Shown piece by piece: positions 48,453-61,980 of a DNA stretch of 64,000 nt. The DNA is from Octopus vulgaris (taxonomy: Eukaryota). The notes under the pieces were generated by a model. The model had not been told where the DNA came from, searched no databases, and worked only from the letters and a program-made list of their open reading frames with translations. Numbering within the stretch: the first letter of the stretch is position 1; the number at the start of each line of letters is the position of its first letter. Both the position numbers and the translations under genes were made by a program. Where the stretch lies: contig OX597823.1 of NCBI GenBank assembly GCA_951406725.2, positions 38,750,001 through 38,814,000 on the forward strand, written 5' to 3'.

Positions 48453-49112
48453 GCCCTTTGTCACCAGCAGAGGTAAGAGCTCCCTGAACTTTGCCCAGGC
48501 TATTCTTATTCTAGCAGCTACACTTTCAGCGCACCCTCCCCCGCTACTGACTTGGTCACCTAGGTAATGGAAGCTATCATCTACTTCTAGTTTTTCTTCC
48601 TGGAATGTGGTGGAAGTTGTTCTCTGCACATTTTCAGTGTTTATTGCTCCTGGACATCTGCCACATACAAAAACTATCTTCCCAGTTAGCCTTCCCTTGA
48701 TATTGCTGCACCTCTTATGTGTCCATAGCTTACATCTTATAGAATTTCTACCTATGCTTCTACTACAGATCGAGTAGGGCCATCTACCTGAAGGGATTTG
48801 TGGTTTGTCTGCCTTCCTACTTATTAGGACTTTGGTTTTAGCTAGGTTGACTCTAAGGCCCTTCGATTCTAATCCTTGTTTCCACACTTGAAACTTCTCC
48901 TCTAGTTCTGATAGTGACTCAGCAATTAGAGCAAGGTAATCAGCATAGAGGAGCTCCCATGGGCATCCTGTCTTGAATTCCTCTGTTATTGCCCGGAGGA
49001 CTATGATAAATAGGAGGGGGCTAAGGACTGAACCTTGGTGGACCCCTACCTCTACCTGGAATTCTTCACTGTACTCGTTGCCAACCCTCACCTTACTGAC
49101 AACATCTCTGTA
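48453..49112 (-). mobile_element. RTE-clade LINE reverse transcriptase fragment
   Basis: ORF 48441..49133: GVHQGSVLSPLLF...ELLYADYLALIA (YADD mutated to YADY)...GLRVNLAKTK; Cys-rich insert NSIRCKLWTHKRCS; FHYLGD...RIRIAWAKFREL. Confidence 0.95.
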
Positions 49113-49411
49113 CATGTAATCATTCATTTGCAAAACATGAGAGAATTTGAAAGATATTAATATTTGCCTCAGATAGTATTACTTCATCACCTGAGGAAGA
49201 TAGCATACAGTACTATCTTTTTGTCAGAATTAAAGTATCTTTTCATAAGTTTATCACAGGCATGATTTTGTTATACTCTTGTCAATGGTTGAAACTAAAA
49301 TAACTTTTATGTACTAATGAAGTACTAAATGAAGATGGTGAAGGTAAGGGTGATAGTAGGCCTTGGTGACACTTTGTCATATTTTAATTATATGGTGAAT
49401 TATTAGGATGT

Positions 49412-49796
49412 GAGTACACCGTGCAAATTCTAAGTCCCACGCAAATTCTAAGTTCATAACTACAGATAAACTGTAATTAATCTTTCAATGTCCATATCTT
49501 GTTATGATGCAAAAATTATTTTTTTAAAATTAATATTTTCCTTAGGACTCACAATGTTTCAAATTTGCGATGTGTTATGCAATTTAAAAATAAAACTAGT
49601 TGGTCCGAGAGACTCATTTGGAAAAAATGTAAAATTAATCAATATTATAATGGCCTACAATTTCAAAACTATTAAAGATATCGACCTAGTACTTGATATT
49701 TTCCCATCATATAGATACAGGAGCTAGTATGAAATTTTTCAGGGGGATCTGAGGGATAACCTGGGACCCTCTGGGTGATTTGACATGGATGGACCC
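49412..49796. mobile_element. Probable DNA-transposon terminal fragment
   Basis: AT-rich subterminal-type sequence ending GGGTGATTTGACATGGATGGACCC; no matching second TIR found. Confidence 0.3.
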
Positions 49797-52080
49797 ATAT
49801 AAATGTCTGTGGACAGTCCCTGATTTTACAATATGACTGGTTTCTATACAGTTTCTATGTACTAAATTCTAGAAGACATCTGCCCAAGGGTCATGGAGTT
49901 GAACTGAACCTTAAACCACATGGCTGAGAAGTAGATTTCCTAACTCCTTGAGCATGTTTGTGCCTATCATGAAAATAAACAAATTATGAAGAAAGGGACA
50001 TTTATTGGGGGACACCACCACCACCACCACCAGCAACAACAAAATGATCAGGCTGCTTTTCTGAACACATCAACTCCAGACTACATTTCTGTAAATTTCT
50101 TTACTACTTCAATTATTCCATCCTTCTGCAACTTCTATTTATATTTGGTCTCTCAGATATTTCCCCACATCTTGTACAAACCATTCTTACCATAGAACTC
50201 ACTTCTCATGAAAATGACTTCCATTTATTTATTTATTTTCTCATTCCATTAACCTTCTGTAATTTAAATTAAAAATTCACCAAGCTAATTGCCTCCAGTA
50301 ATCCTGCCTCCATTCTAAGAAACTATGAAAAGGTTATAAAAACAAACAAACATTGTAAGACAAAAAAGAATTAAAACAATTACAACAAATATTTGTATTT
50401 AGGGATATAAATGAAAAATCACTTGTCAAATTATATAAAGCAATCACTAAACTATTAATGAGAAGACAAAATGCCAATGAGACACAATGGTGATGAGATG
50501 GAATGGTGATAATAAAACAGAATGGTGAGGATTACATGGACTGATGATTGATTAGTCTTCTGAATCAAAGCTGTAACAACAATCCCTGTACTTGACTGGT
50601 ATTTTATTTTATCACAACTGAAGGAATGAAAGGCAAAGTTAATCTCAGCAAGATTTGAACTCAGAAGGTAAAGAGCCAGAAGAAATGCAACAAAGCATTT
50701 TGTCCAACATGCCAATGATTCTGTCATTTCACTGACTTGGTGAAAGATATGATTTTGAAAAGAAATTTTAAAATCAATCAACTCTACTCTCCACGGATGT
50801 CATCTTATTTACCTTATATGTTTGACTATTAAATGATCTTAAATACAGAATACCCCAAACCACCACTAACAACATCAACATTAGGATGCATTGAAAACAA
50901 TAAGAGAGGCTTTGTAAGCTTTTACCTATTAGGGAAGGATAATTTTTTAAAATCGAACATTGTCCTATATTTGAATACCTAAAGTACATCATTTATTCAT
51001 CCATATATTTTTTTCTGAGTCACCCCAGTCAATAAGAATAAAACTGATCATGGTTGCCAAAGTGATAAACAGTTAAGTTATGCTTGATAGGTTCTGTTAG
51101 CTAAGAGTTGTCTCTATGAGAACCAAACTGATACAGACAAAAACCAACTGACATATACCTCTCCCTTATAGTTGATATATTACTTGTTTTATTGACTCTC
51201 TATGAATGCAAAGCTAAGGAAATTTGAAGGAGAAAAATAGCCATTGAAAAATCAGTCTCTCTGTTCACCATTGACAATGCATCATGAACCTATGCAGAAT
51301 GTCAGTGATACAAAGTAATAAAAATTAACTCTTAAAGAACCAGACAATGGAAGAATGTTCTTGTAGCAGTGATGTTATATATGTATAGTATTAACAAATT
51401 GATTCCTTTTGGCTGTTCCAGTGACCTAATGCTTGAAAAACATGTGAGTCATAAACAACAAAGAGAAGACATATGGTACATTGCTAACATAAGACACATA
51501 TATATATATACACACATACATTATGTGTGTGTGTGTGTGTGTGTACATGAAAGGAAGGCAGTGAAGCGATTAGAGAAATATATGATGAACACACACACAT
51601 CCCCAAAACAAGACATCTGGTGTAAGAATAAACCAGGACAGAACCTGAAGAAAACTGATTTAATCAGAAACACGGTTTCAAACCTAGGTAAAGCAAAAGA
51701 AATTACAAGTGAGAGAATGAAGATCTCAGTCTTATCTACAGATTACACAGAAAGTATATATAAGGGAGGGGGAGAGAGAAAAAACGAGAGCGCGTGTGTG
51801 TTCTGTCTGACAACTAATATTTTTCAAAATGTGTGCTTCAACTCAAGTCAAAAGGGTGAGAAGCCCTTGGGGTGGTTCTTGGTTTTGGGTAGATGGAATG
51901 GAATGGACGGTGGAGACATGGTGTGTAAGAACTTACATGCAAATAATTTCTCACTCAAACATTCCTCTGTAATTACTTGTCTGAGTTGATTTTAAAAAAT
52001 TTCAAATATTTAGAGACTGCATTTGAAGTAAGAATGTTCCTGTGGCTTAAATACATAACTGAAACATTTTATACATTATA

Positions 52081-52135
<55 letters not shown>

Positions 52136-52142
52136 ATATTTA

Positions 52143-53373
52143 CAGGGGTTGGACAAAATAATGGAAACACCTTAAAATTTCAAACAAATTTATTTTAATA
52201 TGGGGTAGGACCACCTTTGGCAGTGATTGCAGCTTGAATTCTACGAGGTATTGACGCGTACAAAGTTTGAATTTTTGCCCATTCTTCAGCTAAAACAGTC
52301 TCTCATTCTTGTAGTGATGATGGTGGAGGATATCGACTCATTACTTCTTTTTCTAAAATGCACCATAAATGTTCAATAATATTGAGATCTGGGGACTGTG
52401 GTGGCCAGATAACTAGAACGTTCCTCGTACCATTCAGTAACAATTTTAGCTGTGTGAATTGGTGCATTATCATCCTGAATGATTGTTTCCCTCCGGAAAC
52501 AGTTTTGCAACCATAGGATGAACTTGATCAGATAAAATGCTTAGTTTTGACTATTAATTCTGCCATGAAGAGAACCCATTTTGCTGGCAGATTTCCAAGA
52601 TATAGCCCCCCACCCCAGATCATCACAGATCCTCCTTCATGTTTAACAGTTGGAAGAAGGCAGTCTGGGTCAAATGCTTCTTTTGACTGTCCCCACACGT
52701 ATACCCAACCAGTGGTTAGAAATAAGGTAAAGGATAACTCGTTCAAGAAAATAATATACTTCCACTGCTCTAGGGACTAATTCTGTAGGTTTTTACTCCA
52801 CTCTAAATGCTTTACAATGTTTGTTTTTGAAAGTAGTGGTTTTCTGACTGCAGCCCTCCCATGAAATCCGGCTTTGTGAAGCTCCTGGTGAACAATTTTT
52901 GTGGAAACTGGGTTCTCGAGGTGGTCACTAAGCTCTGCAGTAATTTTGGGAGCTGTACTTTTGAGATCCTTTCTAACAATTTGTGTAAGAGTCCAACGGT
53001 CCCTATCTGAAAGTTTTGATTTTCTTCCGGAGTTTTGTTTTGACGAGGATGTTTTTCCCTTTTTCAAAGGCTGTCATTACTTTCAAGACAGTACTTCTTA
53101 ATTCACTAAACATTTTAACTGTTTTCATTATGCTAGCACCTGCCATATGAGCACCAACCTCTTTGAAAGTCCAATAGATCTGTCATTTTAATGAATTTTA
53201 ATTACCTTTTTCTGATGATATATGTAAAGAAACAGCAATTTTAGCAAAACATTAAGCAACACTAATAATAAATTAAAAAACATAAAAATAAACAGGCTTT
53301 TGACGGTTTTATAGATATTTCAAAATTATGATGCTAAGATGCTAGGTGTTTCCATTATTTTGTCCAACCCCTG
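52143..53373 (-). mobile_element. Tc1-family transposon, 1231 bp, perfect 30-bp TIRs, broken transposase
   Basis: TA flanks; CAGGGGTTGGACAAAATAATGGAAACACCT / AGGTGTTTCCATTATTTTGTCCAACCCCTG; SGRKSKLSDRD...RKPLLS, PTVKHEGGSVMIWG, QDDNAPIHTAK, WPPQSPDLNIIEHLW. Confidence 0.96.
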
Positions 53374-54449
53374 TATGTATATGATTATATACATATCATA
53401 ATATATACACATTATATACACATATACATAATCATCATCGTTTAATATCCATGTTCTCTGCTAGCATGGGATGAATGGTTTGACAGGTTGAGAGGATCTG
53501 ATGGGTCCAAAGACCATATGCTGCTCTAATATCTGTTCAATGTGGTTTCTATGGCTTGCTGCCCTTCTTATCACCAACCACTTCAAAGTATAAACTGGTT
53601 GCTTTTTTTTCTTGCCACCAGCAGTAAGATCACTATGCAGCTTGCAAGACTATGAACCTTGTGAAGACAGTGTGTCTTGATAGAAGAGGTCCCCAGCTCT
53701 TAAAGTATGGGTTAAAGTATGAGTGAAGTGAGCAGAGCAGGTTTCTTGTTATAGAGAAGCTATATGGTTACTCATATTTAAAATAGTAGGTGTGGGAATG
53801 ATCTGGGGAAGAGAAGCAGTGCATACAGAGAAGCTATGAGTGCTAGTGGAAGGAGATTTACAAGAGTATAGAGTGGAGCAGGAGAAAAGCGAGTGTGGTG
53901 GAGAGATAGGCAACAATTGTTGAGCAGAGCTAAAAGTAAAACAGAAGGAATGGTGGATAATGGGTAAGGAAGGCCAATGGTACATGATAAGGGGAAGGTA
54001 GAGAGGTAGAGGAAGACCAATGATGCATGAATTGGGGAAGGTAGAAAGATGCAGAAGAGAGCTGGTGAAGAGCAGTAGCAGAGTAATGATGGTACTAGAA
54101 AGGGAAAGAATGAGAGAAAGATGGCATGTGGTCGGGTAAGCTGCAGGAGTTGGGGGGAGGCAGGTGCATTGTATGAGTAGAGATAATTTGGTGGTTCAGT
54201 GGTGAGGGAGGAATGATCAATGTAACATGTGGTAGGAGAGAACAATATTAATACATGGAGGATGGCTAACAATAGAAATGGTAGCCAGAAGAATAAAATA
54301 ATATCAAGGGAGAGCTACAGTGAAAAAATGATGGGTGGAGGGGGAGTTGTTTGAGGAGGAAATTGGGTGAAGAACCCATTTGTGCATACACACTGTTTCC
54401 AGAACTCAGTTTTGCTGAGGTGGACAGATCATCTTGAGAACTGCTTATC

Positions 54450-55110
54450 ACTAATCCTTCCAGTCCTCTGTCATCTCCTCTATGAGGTTCAAGGTCCTGA
54501 GATCAGCTTTCATCACTTAGATGTGTTCCTTGGTCTCTCCTTTTCACAAGCTCTATCCACATTTAATGAGTGGCACTTCTTAATACAGCTGTCCTCATCC
54601 ATATGCATCACATGTACATACCAGCACAGTATTTTTTCTTGCACACTACATTTAATTCCTCTTATGCCCAGTTTTCTTTCAGCACGTTTGTACGCCATTG
54701 TTCATGCACGCACAAATTGTACATCCAACAAAGCATGCTCATTTCATTTCTTTCCAATCTTCTCAAACCCTTAGCATCCAAAGACCATGTCTCACTACTA
54801 TGCAGCATTGCAGTTATAACATGAGCATCATACAATCTGCCCTTCACTCTGTAGGAAAAGACCTTTGCTACCAGCAGTGGTGGTAGACCCCTGAACTTTC
54901 TCCAACTCAATCTTACTCTAGCTGCTATACTTTTGGAAGAGCAATCACCCATCTTACTAATTACATCTTCCAGGTAACAATGGCTATCAACTATTTCTTG
55001 TGAGCTATCCAAGCATTTAAGGGAGTCTATTTCTAGAGTGTTCATAGTACAAACTGCCCAAGTGCATCTATTACATACAAAACTTGTGTTCTCTGCTAAC
55101 CTGTCTGCGA
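54450..55110 (-). mobile_element. Older RTE-clade LINE fragment related to 48453-49112 (3' tail at ~53430-53620)
   Basis: SIAARVRLSWRKFRGLPPLL...VKGRLYDA...MLHSSETWSL...LERNEMSMLCWM. Confidence 0.88.
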
Positions 55111-57039
55111 GTCCACTATATGACACACACATACACACATGCATATATATACACACATATATCACCAATATACATATATGGTGAAAGTCAACTCATGATC
55201 AAGCAAGCTCGCTTCCTAAACTCAGTAAATCCATGTACATGTTCTGAGAGTCCAAGAAGTTCCTGAGCATGAACCTGTTTTGATTGGATAAAGTTATGCA
55301 CAGCACTGAACCCACTTTTCAGTACAAACATCTATAACAGCAGTGACACAACAGAGGCTGAGACAACTAGAAACCAATTGCACTTTGGGTTTCTTTATAT
55401 GAATTTACCTTCTCCTAGAAAGAACTTCTAACAAGAACTAGGGGTCCTTCACTCCCAGTGGTTTACATGCTAGTTAAGCTATAGTTGGGACCCTAACAGA
55501 TGCTACTGCTATGGGTCAGAGTAAACCTGGCAATAATAGTGAAGTGATTCCATACTCCTTAAAAGCTCAGAACTCCTATACAAGGGCCCCACTACTGGAT
55601 GCAGTTTAAAGTCATACACATTCAGATATGTATATACATACACACACACACTATATATATATATATATATATATTATATATGTACGCACACATGCACACG
55701 TATATGCATACATATATATACACATCTATGCATACATACTCACACATATACCACAAGATAACATATACTAATACCTGAGCTGATACTTTCTACAAGAGTG
55801 TGTCATAATTTTTCTTGGTAGGAATACAGAAAATGTTAGCAGCAACAAGAGCAGTGGTGCCACAAAGATTGACTCAAAACTTGTCTGAGGTATATTTCTT
55901 ATGACTAAGTTTTCTTCAGAATTTTAAATCCCAAGTGTATTTGAGTTGATGCCACTCTACCATTTCAACTTGAATTGCTACACCACCCCCACTACTAAAT
56001 GCCATTGACTCCTGGAGAATCTAAAGGAGGTCAGAGTCAGTGAACTTCTGAAGAAACCAGGAAAAAAACATAAAAAATTCAGGTTCTGGCAGCAGAATAT
56101 TTTAGGGGCTTTCTCTAACAATTCAGACCGAAGGTTTCTCTAAGACCCTAGTAAATATACCCCACCATTTTGCTATCTCTATAACAGGGCTCAGTTTGTT
56201 AATATATTTGCCTGGTAGAGCATCCCATACTACACATTGTGTTCATATTTGTTTACAATGGAGCACTATATATTTTTTTATCTTTGTAGATATTTTCAGA
56301 ACAGTCTTATATAAAAACTATGTTGTTGTTGCTTTTGTTTCAGACCTCATGATCCTTGACCTAAAATCAAAGACACCTCAGCCATGACCATCTCATCCTA
56401 TTTTTTAGGTATTTCTATAACAAAACAATCCAGTTTTGTTCTTCAGCCCAAGGTCAGCTATGGTTGTATAATTCTTGATGACTGCCACATCTTTCCTGTT
56501 GTGACCATCATGTCTTGTTTTCAGCCCTAGTGTATCTAATATTACACAATCCAATATGTCCTTCCACTTTTTAAGGTTGTAGCTTGTGATATGAGAGCTA
56601 TTTCTACTAGGACAAGCAGCCATACCCACTGTCCTGAGAAAAAAAAACTATTATGTTTTCCTAGTTGCCAAAGATACACAACATCAAGAATTACTCCCAG
56701 GTACTTTTATGACTAAGCTGCAATGCATCATCTTACAATGCTATAAAATGAAGAAAATAATAATGCCATGTTAATATCTTTAGTTTTTCAGACCAAAAGG
56801 TAGCCCTGAAACCATCAGATTCCTTTTCTTCTCATGGCATTCAAACTATTTCAAACTCATCAACCACTCTTTATAATTCTTGATGACTGCCACATGTTTC
56901 CTTGGACTCTGATGTCTTTTGTTAAATATCAAGATAGTTTTTGTTTCAATTTTCTGTTAAAATTATGTCTTAAAAAATGTGATAAATAAATAAATATTAT
57001 AGATTGAAGATGAAGTAAAAGTTTCAAAATGAAATTAAT

Positions 57040-57390
57040 GAAGGTGTGGAGAGAAAGAGTGAAACAAAGAGAGAACGAAGAGAAAGATGAGGAGGATGAA
57101 GAGAGAGAGAGAGAGAATAAGTGATAAAGTGAGAAAGGGAAGAGAAAGAAAAGTAAAGAGAGAAAAGGTAGGAAGAACAGAGAGAAGGAAGAGGGAAATA
57201 TAGAGGGGAAGACAAGAGAAGAGTAAAGAATATAAAGATGAAGAGAGATGAGAGACATTGGATGACAGAAGAGAGACATGGATGGAGAGAGACATTTATT
57301 GATAGAGAGAAGACAATATGACAGCTTGGAGGAAGAAACGAGGAGAAATGAGACTGAAGAGAAAGAGAGAGAGATTGGTAAACAGGCAAA
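57040..57390. repeat. Polypurine (GA-rich) low-complexity tract
   Basis: About 350 bp of mostly A/G on the plus strand; source of the Ser/Leu/Phe-rich minus-strand ORFs. Confidence 0.8.
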
Positions 57391-58308
57391 AGGGAATATA
57401 CACACGTGTGTTTTTACACATAAATTAACAGAGAAAGGAAATGCACAGGTACACACACACACACACACATGTATAAAATGGGTGGCAGAATCAGTAAGAG
57501 AGAAAGAGAGAGAGACAAAGAAAGGGAGAAAGCAAAAGAAGAAACATAAGCGATTTAAACCCGACTGTCTACTTTACAAAGTGCTCACACACGGAGAGAG
57601 ACTTGCATACATTCACACACACACACACAAACACACATGCATGCACAAATACACATGCATATATAAATATATATCATCATCATCATCATCATCATCATCA
57701 TACACACATAACTACATGCAAATAGTCACACACTGAGAAGAACAAGAGACATGCCAGATTTAAGACAGAACAGCTGTATCAGGTTCTGAAACACACACAG
57801 ACACACAGACACACACACAGAGGATTGGATCAATGACTCATATCTACTGCCAACTGTAAGCATAAAACAAGAAAGCGTTCAGAATCTACTACTGATAGCT
57901 TCAACACATTGCCAGGGCAGCCTGCCCCTCCCTCCTCCATCTCTCCCCACCAGCTGTTGCAGTGTGTCATAGGGGAAACTAGGGGTGCTTGTTGTGAAAG
58001 AGCTGCAACTAAGCTACATTGCTTATTCGTTGTCTCGGGGATTGGTTAATAGACTAGACTTGTTACGTTATTTCATCAAACTCAAATAAAGCTCTTTCTC
58101 TCTCACACAGATAATACGCACATTAAAGAACACATATGCATACCTAGATAACACACACACACACACAATTTCATTTGTTTCTTAAAGACAAGGCAATGTC
58201 ATCTGAGGGAGGGTGGGTGTGGTTGAATTGACTCTATTTCTTAATTACTGGTATTTATTGATTCAGGGAAAGCAAAAGTAAAATGAAAATATGTGTGTGT
58301 GTGTGTAT

Positions 58309-58375
<67 letters not shown>

Positions 58376-59768
58376 TGTGTGTGTGCACACGTATGGGTCC
58401 AGCTGATGACTCAGTAGTCATGCAGTAGTATTTACTCTCCCACAGCCAGTACAAAGTGACTGTATCAGCTGTTGTGCTGGTAACTGTCAGAAATGAATGC
58501 TGACTTCTGATAAGACTGCTGAATTAACAAGTGACCTGCCATAAGGCCGTTTAGCAAAGGACAACTGACCCATGTCACATGCAGAACAGAAGACATTCAG
58601 AGTTGTCTGAAAAGAACACATAGAAAGAATCTAACCAAACAGATTAAACAAAATTGGTGAAGCTGGTGCAATGAACTTTGAGTGGAATAATGCAAGAACA
58701 ACCCATATATTGATATGAGACACTCTGGAAGGTTTGCTGAAAGCAACTGAAACAGATTTAATTAAAAATGCCATCATATATAAACCACTGAAAGGCATGA
58801 TGCTGTGAGCCCTGTCAGATAAAATCTCTTTATAGGTATTTTAAAATACAATACATACTGGAGTGAGGTGAATATCATTGCAACAATGACTCATAAGAAT
58901 GACAAGCATTTTGGCTTCCTTGGGCCTTGTCCATGATGTGTACTTCCTAGTCACATGCCTAGATGAAATCAGTCCCCTCCAATATATAGGAAACAGTAAA
59001 CAATATATTCACTGGTATCGTGGAAAACTTGCTGGGTTGTAAAAAACTTGGGTGTAGAGCACTGTCAAACTCCAAGTATGGAGAAACAAGCCTGTATCTG
59101 TCATTCATGTGAGTCACTGCTGCAATGATGTTCATCTTGCTCAGATATATACTGCAATTTTAACATGTCTAAGAAGAGCTTGTTCTCTCAGATAAAAACC
59201 ACAGTATCATACCTTTTGACACAGTGTATATGTTTAGTATGATACACAGATGGCAACACTCTAGAAAGATTTCAAAAGGTTTAGGATCCATTAGGCAAAT
59301 ACTTATCACAATGGTGGGCGGAAGTATTAAGAAAGTACAGCAGAGGATCAGTGTAGGATGCACACTACAGTTCTGAGGATAATTTCAAGTACTGTCATAA
59401 AATACTGCTGGCAACGCCTCTTAACACTCACAATCTACTCAAATTCTGTTCATACATCCTGGACAGCTTACTCCAGTTAGTCTCAATACCTACTCATATG
59501 ACCAGCCTGCTTGAAGGTGTAAATATCCTTGATCTCTCATTCTCATTGTCACCTCCAAACTCAACCTTTATCCTAACATTAGCCAATGCTCCTACAGGAT
59601 CATCTGATTCCTGCCTTGATCAACATGCTTCACAAAAACTTTTAAAAATGGGGCCATTTCTCCTGCAGTAATTAAATAAATTACATATATATTTTAAATA
59701 ATAGTCTCATTATTTTCATTTGATACCAGGGATAATTTATCTGGCAGTAGAAATTCAAGCCTATGATT

Positions 59769-59814
<46 letters not shown>

Positions 59815-60295
59815 TTAGGTACTTGTGGGAAACAGATGGTAGGCAGACTCATTTTACACAGATAAACAAGGACTGACTCAAAACCAAAAACAACACCTGG
59901 CATAACAGATGTTAGGCTGTTATTAGATGTATTTTAGGCTTTGACCAATTGCTTCAGAATACAATTACTGCTCAGTTTACAAACTATTAATATTTATTTT
60001 TTATTGCTTCTTTACCGAAGGAGAAAAGGTTGATGATGTCCATAGTTTGTATAAGCTATTAGACATTTCTCAAATCTGTTTAAATAGGGAATGGTGGCTA
60101 CATTTGAGAAAGGAAATACATGGAAATGCAGAAAGTTCCAGGATAATGTAACCATGAAAAGAAGAAGAAAATGAATTGTAGGTTGTTTGAAAGGAAGAGA
60201 AAAGTTTTGAAATAGGATAAATGGAATGGAAGTACCTCATGGTGTGATGGTAATTTCTAGAGAGTTGTGATTGTAATGTGGAAAGAATGTATTAA

Positions 60296-60662
60296 CCCTT
60301 TCATTACCATATTCATTTCCTGATGCATATACATCTAAGTAAGGGTCAGTATTTGTTTAAGAAAAGAAACAAGAGATAAACTAAAGAAACACCTCAACAT
60401 TGGATCAAAGCATCTATACTAAAAGAAAGTGCTATTAAATGAGGATTTTGTTACCGTATTTATTTTGAGATGTTCAGTGCTTCTTTCAATTACTTTAAAT
60501 ATAACAAAGAATTTTGTAAACTAACTTAGTTATCATTCAGCTAGCGTTAGGAACATAAATTGTGACTAAAGTTTTGTGGAAGATTTTGATTCAAACTTAT
60601 GAAAACAAGACATTTGTACTACAGAGCCAGAGCCAGTTTTAGTCGGGTTGGTAATGAAAGGG
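60296..60662 (-). mobile_element. Extended piggyBac-type MITE (367 bp)
   Basis: TTAA at 60292-60295 and 60663-60666; perfect 14-bp TIR CCCTTTCATTACCA / TGGTAATGAAAGGG; 60446-60662 is homologous to 2686-2905. Confidence 0.8.
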
Positions 60663-60857
60663 TTAAGCTGTTGAATACGAGACAATGAATGAATGAAAAG
60701 GAAGGAAGGAAGGAAGAAAGAAAACATGGAGAGAAAAACTGGGTAGAATGGAAAAGTACATATTGTGATGGTAATGAAGAAATCAATTAAATACACTGAG
60801 TAGTAAGATGAGAAACTAATGTAGTAATTAGCATACAGAGGAGGAGAGATAAGGATA

Positions 60858-61202
60858 TCTTTTATGTTTTGCTTGTTTCAGTCATTTGACTGGCCTTGCT
60901 GGGGCACTACCTTGTAGAATTTTAGCTGAATCTTATCAAATTCAGTATTTATTATTCTTCTGCAAAGCCTGGTATTTATTCTATTGGTTACAGAGACATA
61001 AACACATCAAAACCACTTGTCAAGCAGTGGTGACACACATACATACATATATATACACGACAAGCTTCTTTCAGTTTCTGCCTACCAAATCCACTCACAA
61101 GGTGGTCAGCCCAAGGCTATAGTACAAGGCACTTGCCTGAGGGGCCACTCAGTGGAACTGAACCTGGAACCATGTAATTGGGAAGCAAACTTCTTACCAC
61201 AC
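60858..61202 (-). mobile_element. SINE family A (minus strand, diverged)
   Basis: CTTGTTTCAGTCATTTGACTG...CTACCAAATCCACTCACAAGG...GGGAAGCAAACTTCTTACCACAC. Confidence 0.8.
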
Positions 61203-61574
61203 AAAAATGTTGGAAATTGAAAATGATTACGAGTTGAAAGGTTGCCGCTATCTTTTCAAGATTACAAAGCTTCATAGAGAAAATACTCATCTCAGATTTC
61301 TATAATGTTAGACAGGGGAGATAATTTTTACTCTGGGTAGGATACTGGACTTTTGCAGATAGCTCTCCCTACAGGAGAAATTGAACATAACAAGGCAATC
61401 CAGCAAAATACTTAAATAAATTCTCAATAAATTAAACAAAATGAGGTACTCTGTATATTTAGACAACACTCAGTAATTGAGAGGCAAGTATTTGCATCAG
61501 GAATTGATCCAATGCACTATCATTGTGTAAGTGCAAACCACAAATGTTGTGGTTAGTTATCTGTCAGGATAACT

Positions 61575-61980
61575 GGATCTTTTTGGTTTGAACGGCAGTT
61601 TTTTCTAGCAGTGTCATATGAAATTGTCACCCATAATTATGACCCTTCAATCTATTTTGGGGTTAGGGTTAGGGTTAAGGGTGGGGGAAGGGTATCTTTT
61701 TTTCTTCAGAAATGTAAATAAACCCAATCTGTTTCTTAAATGAGGGACATTTTCATACGGCACAGAATGTTTTCACCTCAATAGACGGTCATTGATTGGT
61801 TGAAATTGCAGAAATTGAAGAAAAAAAAACAACAAATATCTTACAAACTATAGAATTTTCTCAATAAAACCAAGAGAAAAAGATGTTTTATAAACACATT
61901 ATACCAGTATACAAAGTTTAAAAGTGTTTAGTTACGTGAAAATTATTTTAAAAAACTGCTGGTCAAAACCAAAAAGATCC
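61575..61980. mobile_element. MITE (406 bp) with 8-bp TSD, GG termini and internal TTAGGG repeats (Merlin-like?)
   Basis: GGATAACT at 61567-61574 and 61981-61988; TIR GGATCTTTTTGGTTTGAACGGCAGTTTTT / AAAAACTGCTGGTCAAAACCAAAAAGATCC; GGGGTTAGGGTTAGGGTTAAGGG at 61659-61681. Confidence 0.85.

Noticed and set aside
51369-51989. 206-aa plus-strand ORF
   Set aside because: It runs through (TA)/(TG) microsatellites and repeat fragments, with no recognisable domain or splice context.
56467-56902. 31-bp direct repeat (56467-56497 and 56872-56902, one mismatch)
   Set aside because: Too long for a typical TSD and too short for LTRs; no TG..CA ends or PBS; probably a local duplication within a dispersed repeat.
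56929-57736. Overlapping 120-180-aa ORFs
   Set aside because: Products of the GA-rich tract and (CA)n repeats; low complexity.
58403-58430. CTGATGA hammerhead core box
   Set aside because: No stem II followed by GAAA; likewise for CTGATGA near 13833.
58500-59640. Complex sequence that might be a host exon
   Set aside because: No sustained ORF; part (LLQLVSIPTH...NILDL) resembles a decayed LINE endonuclease region, but too weakly to annotate.
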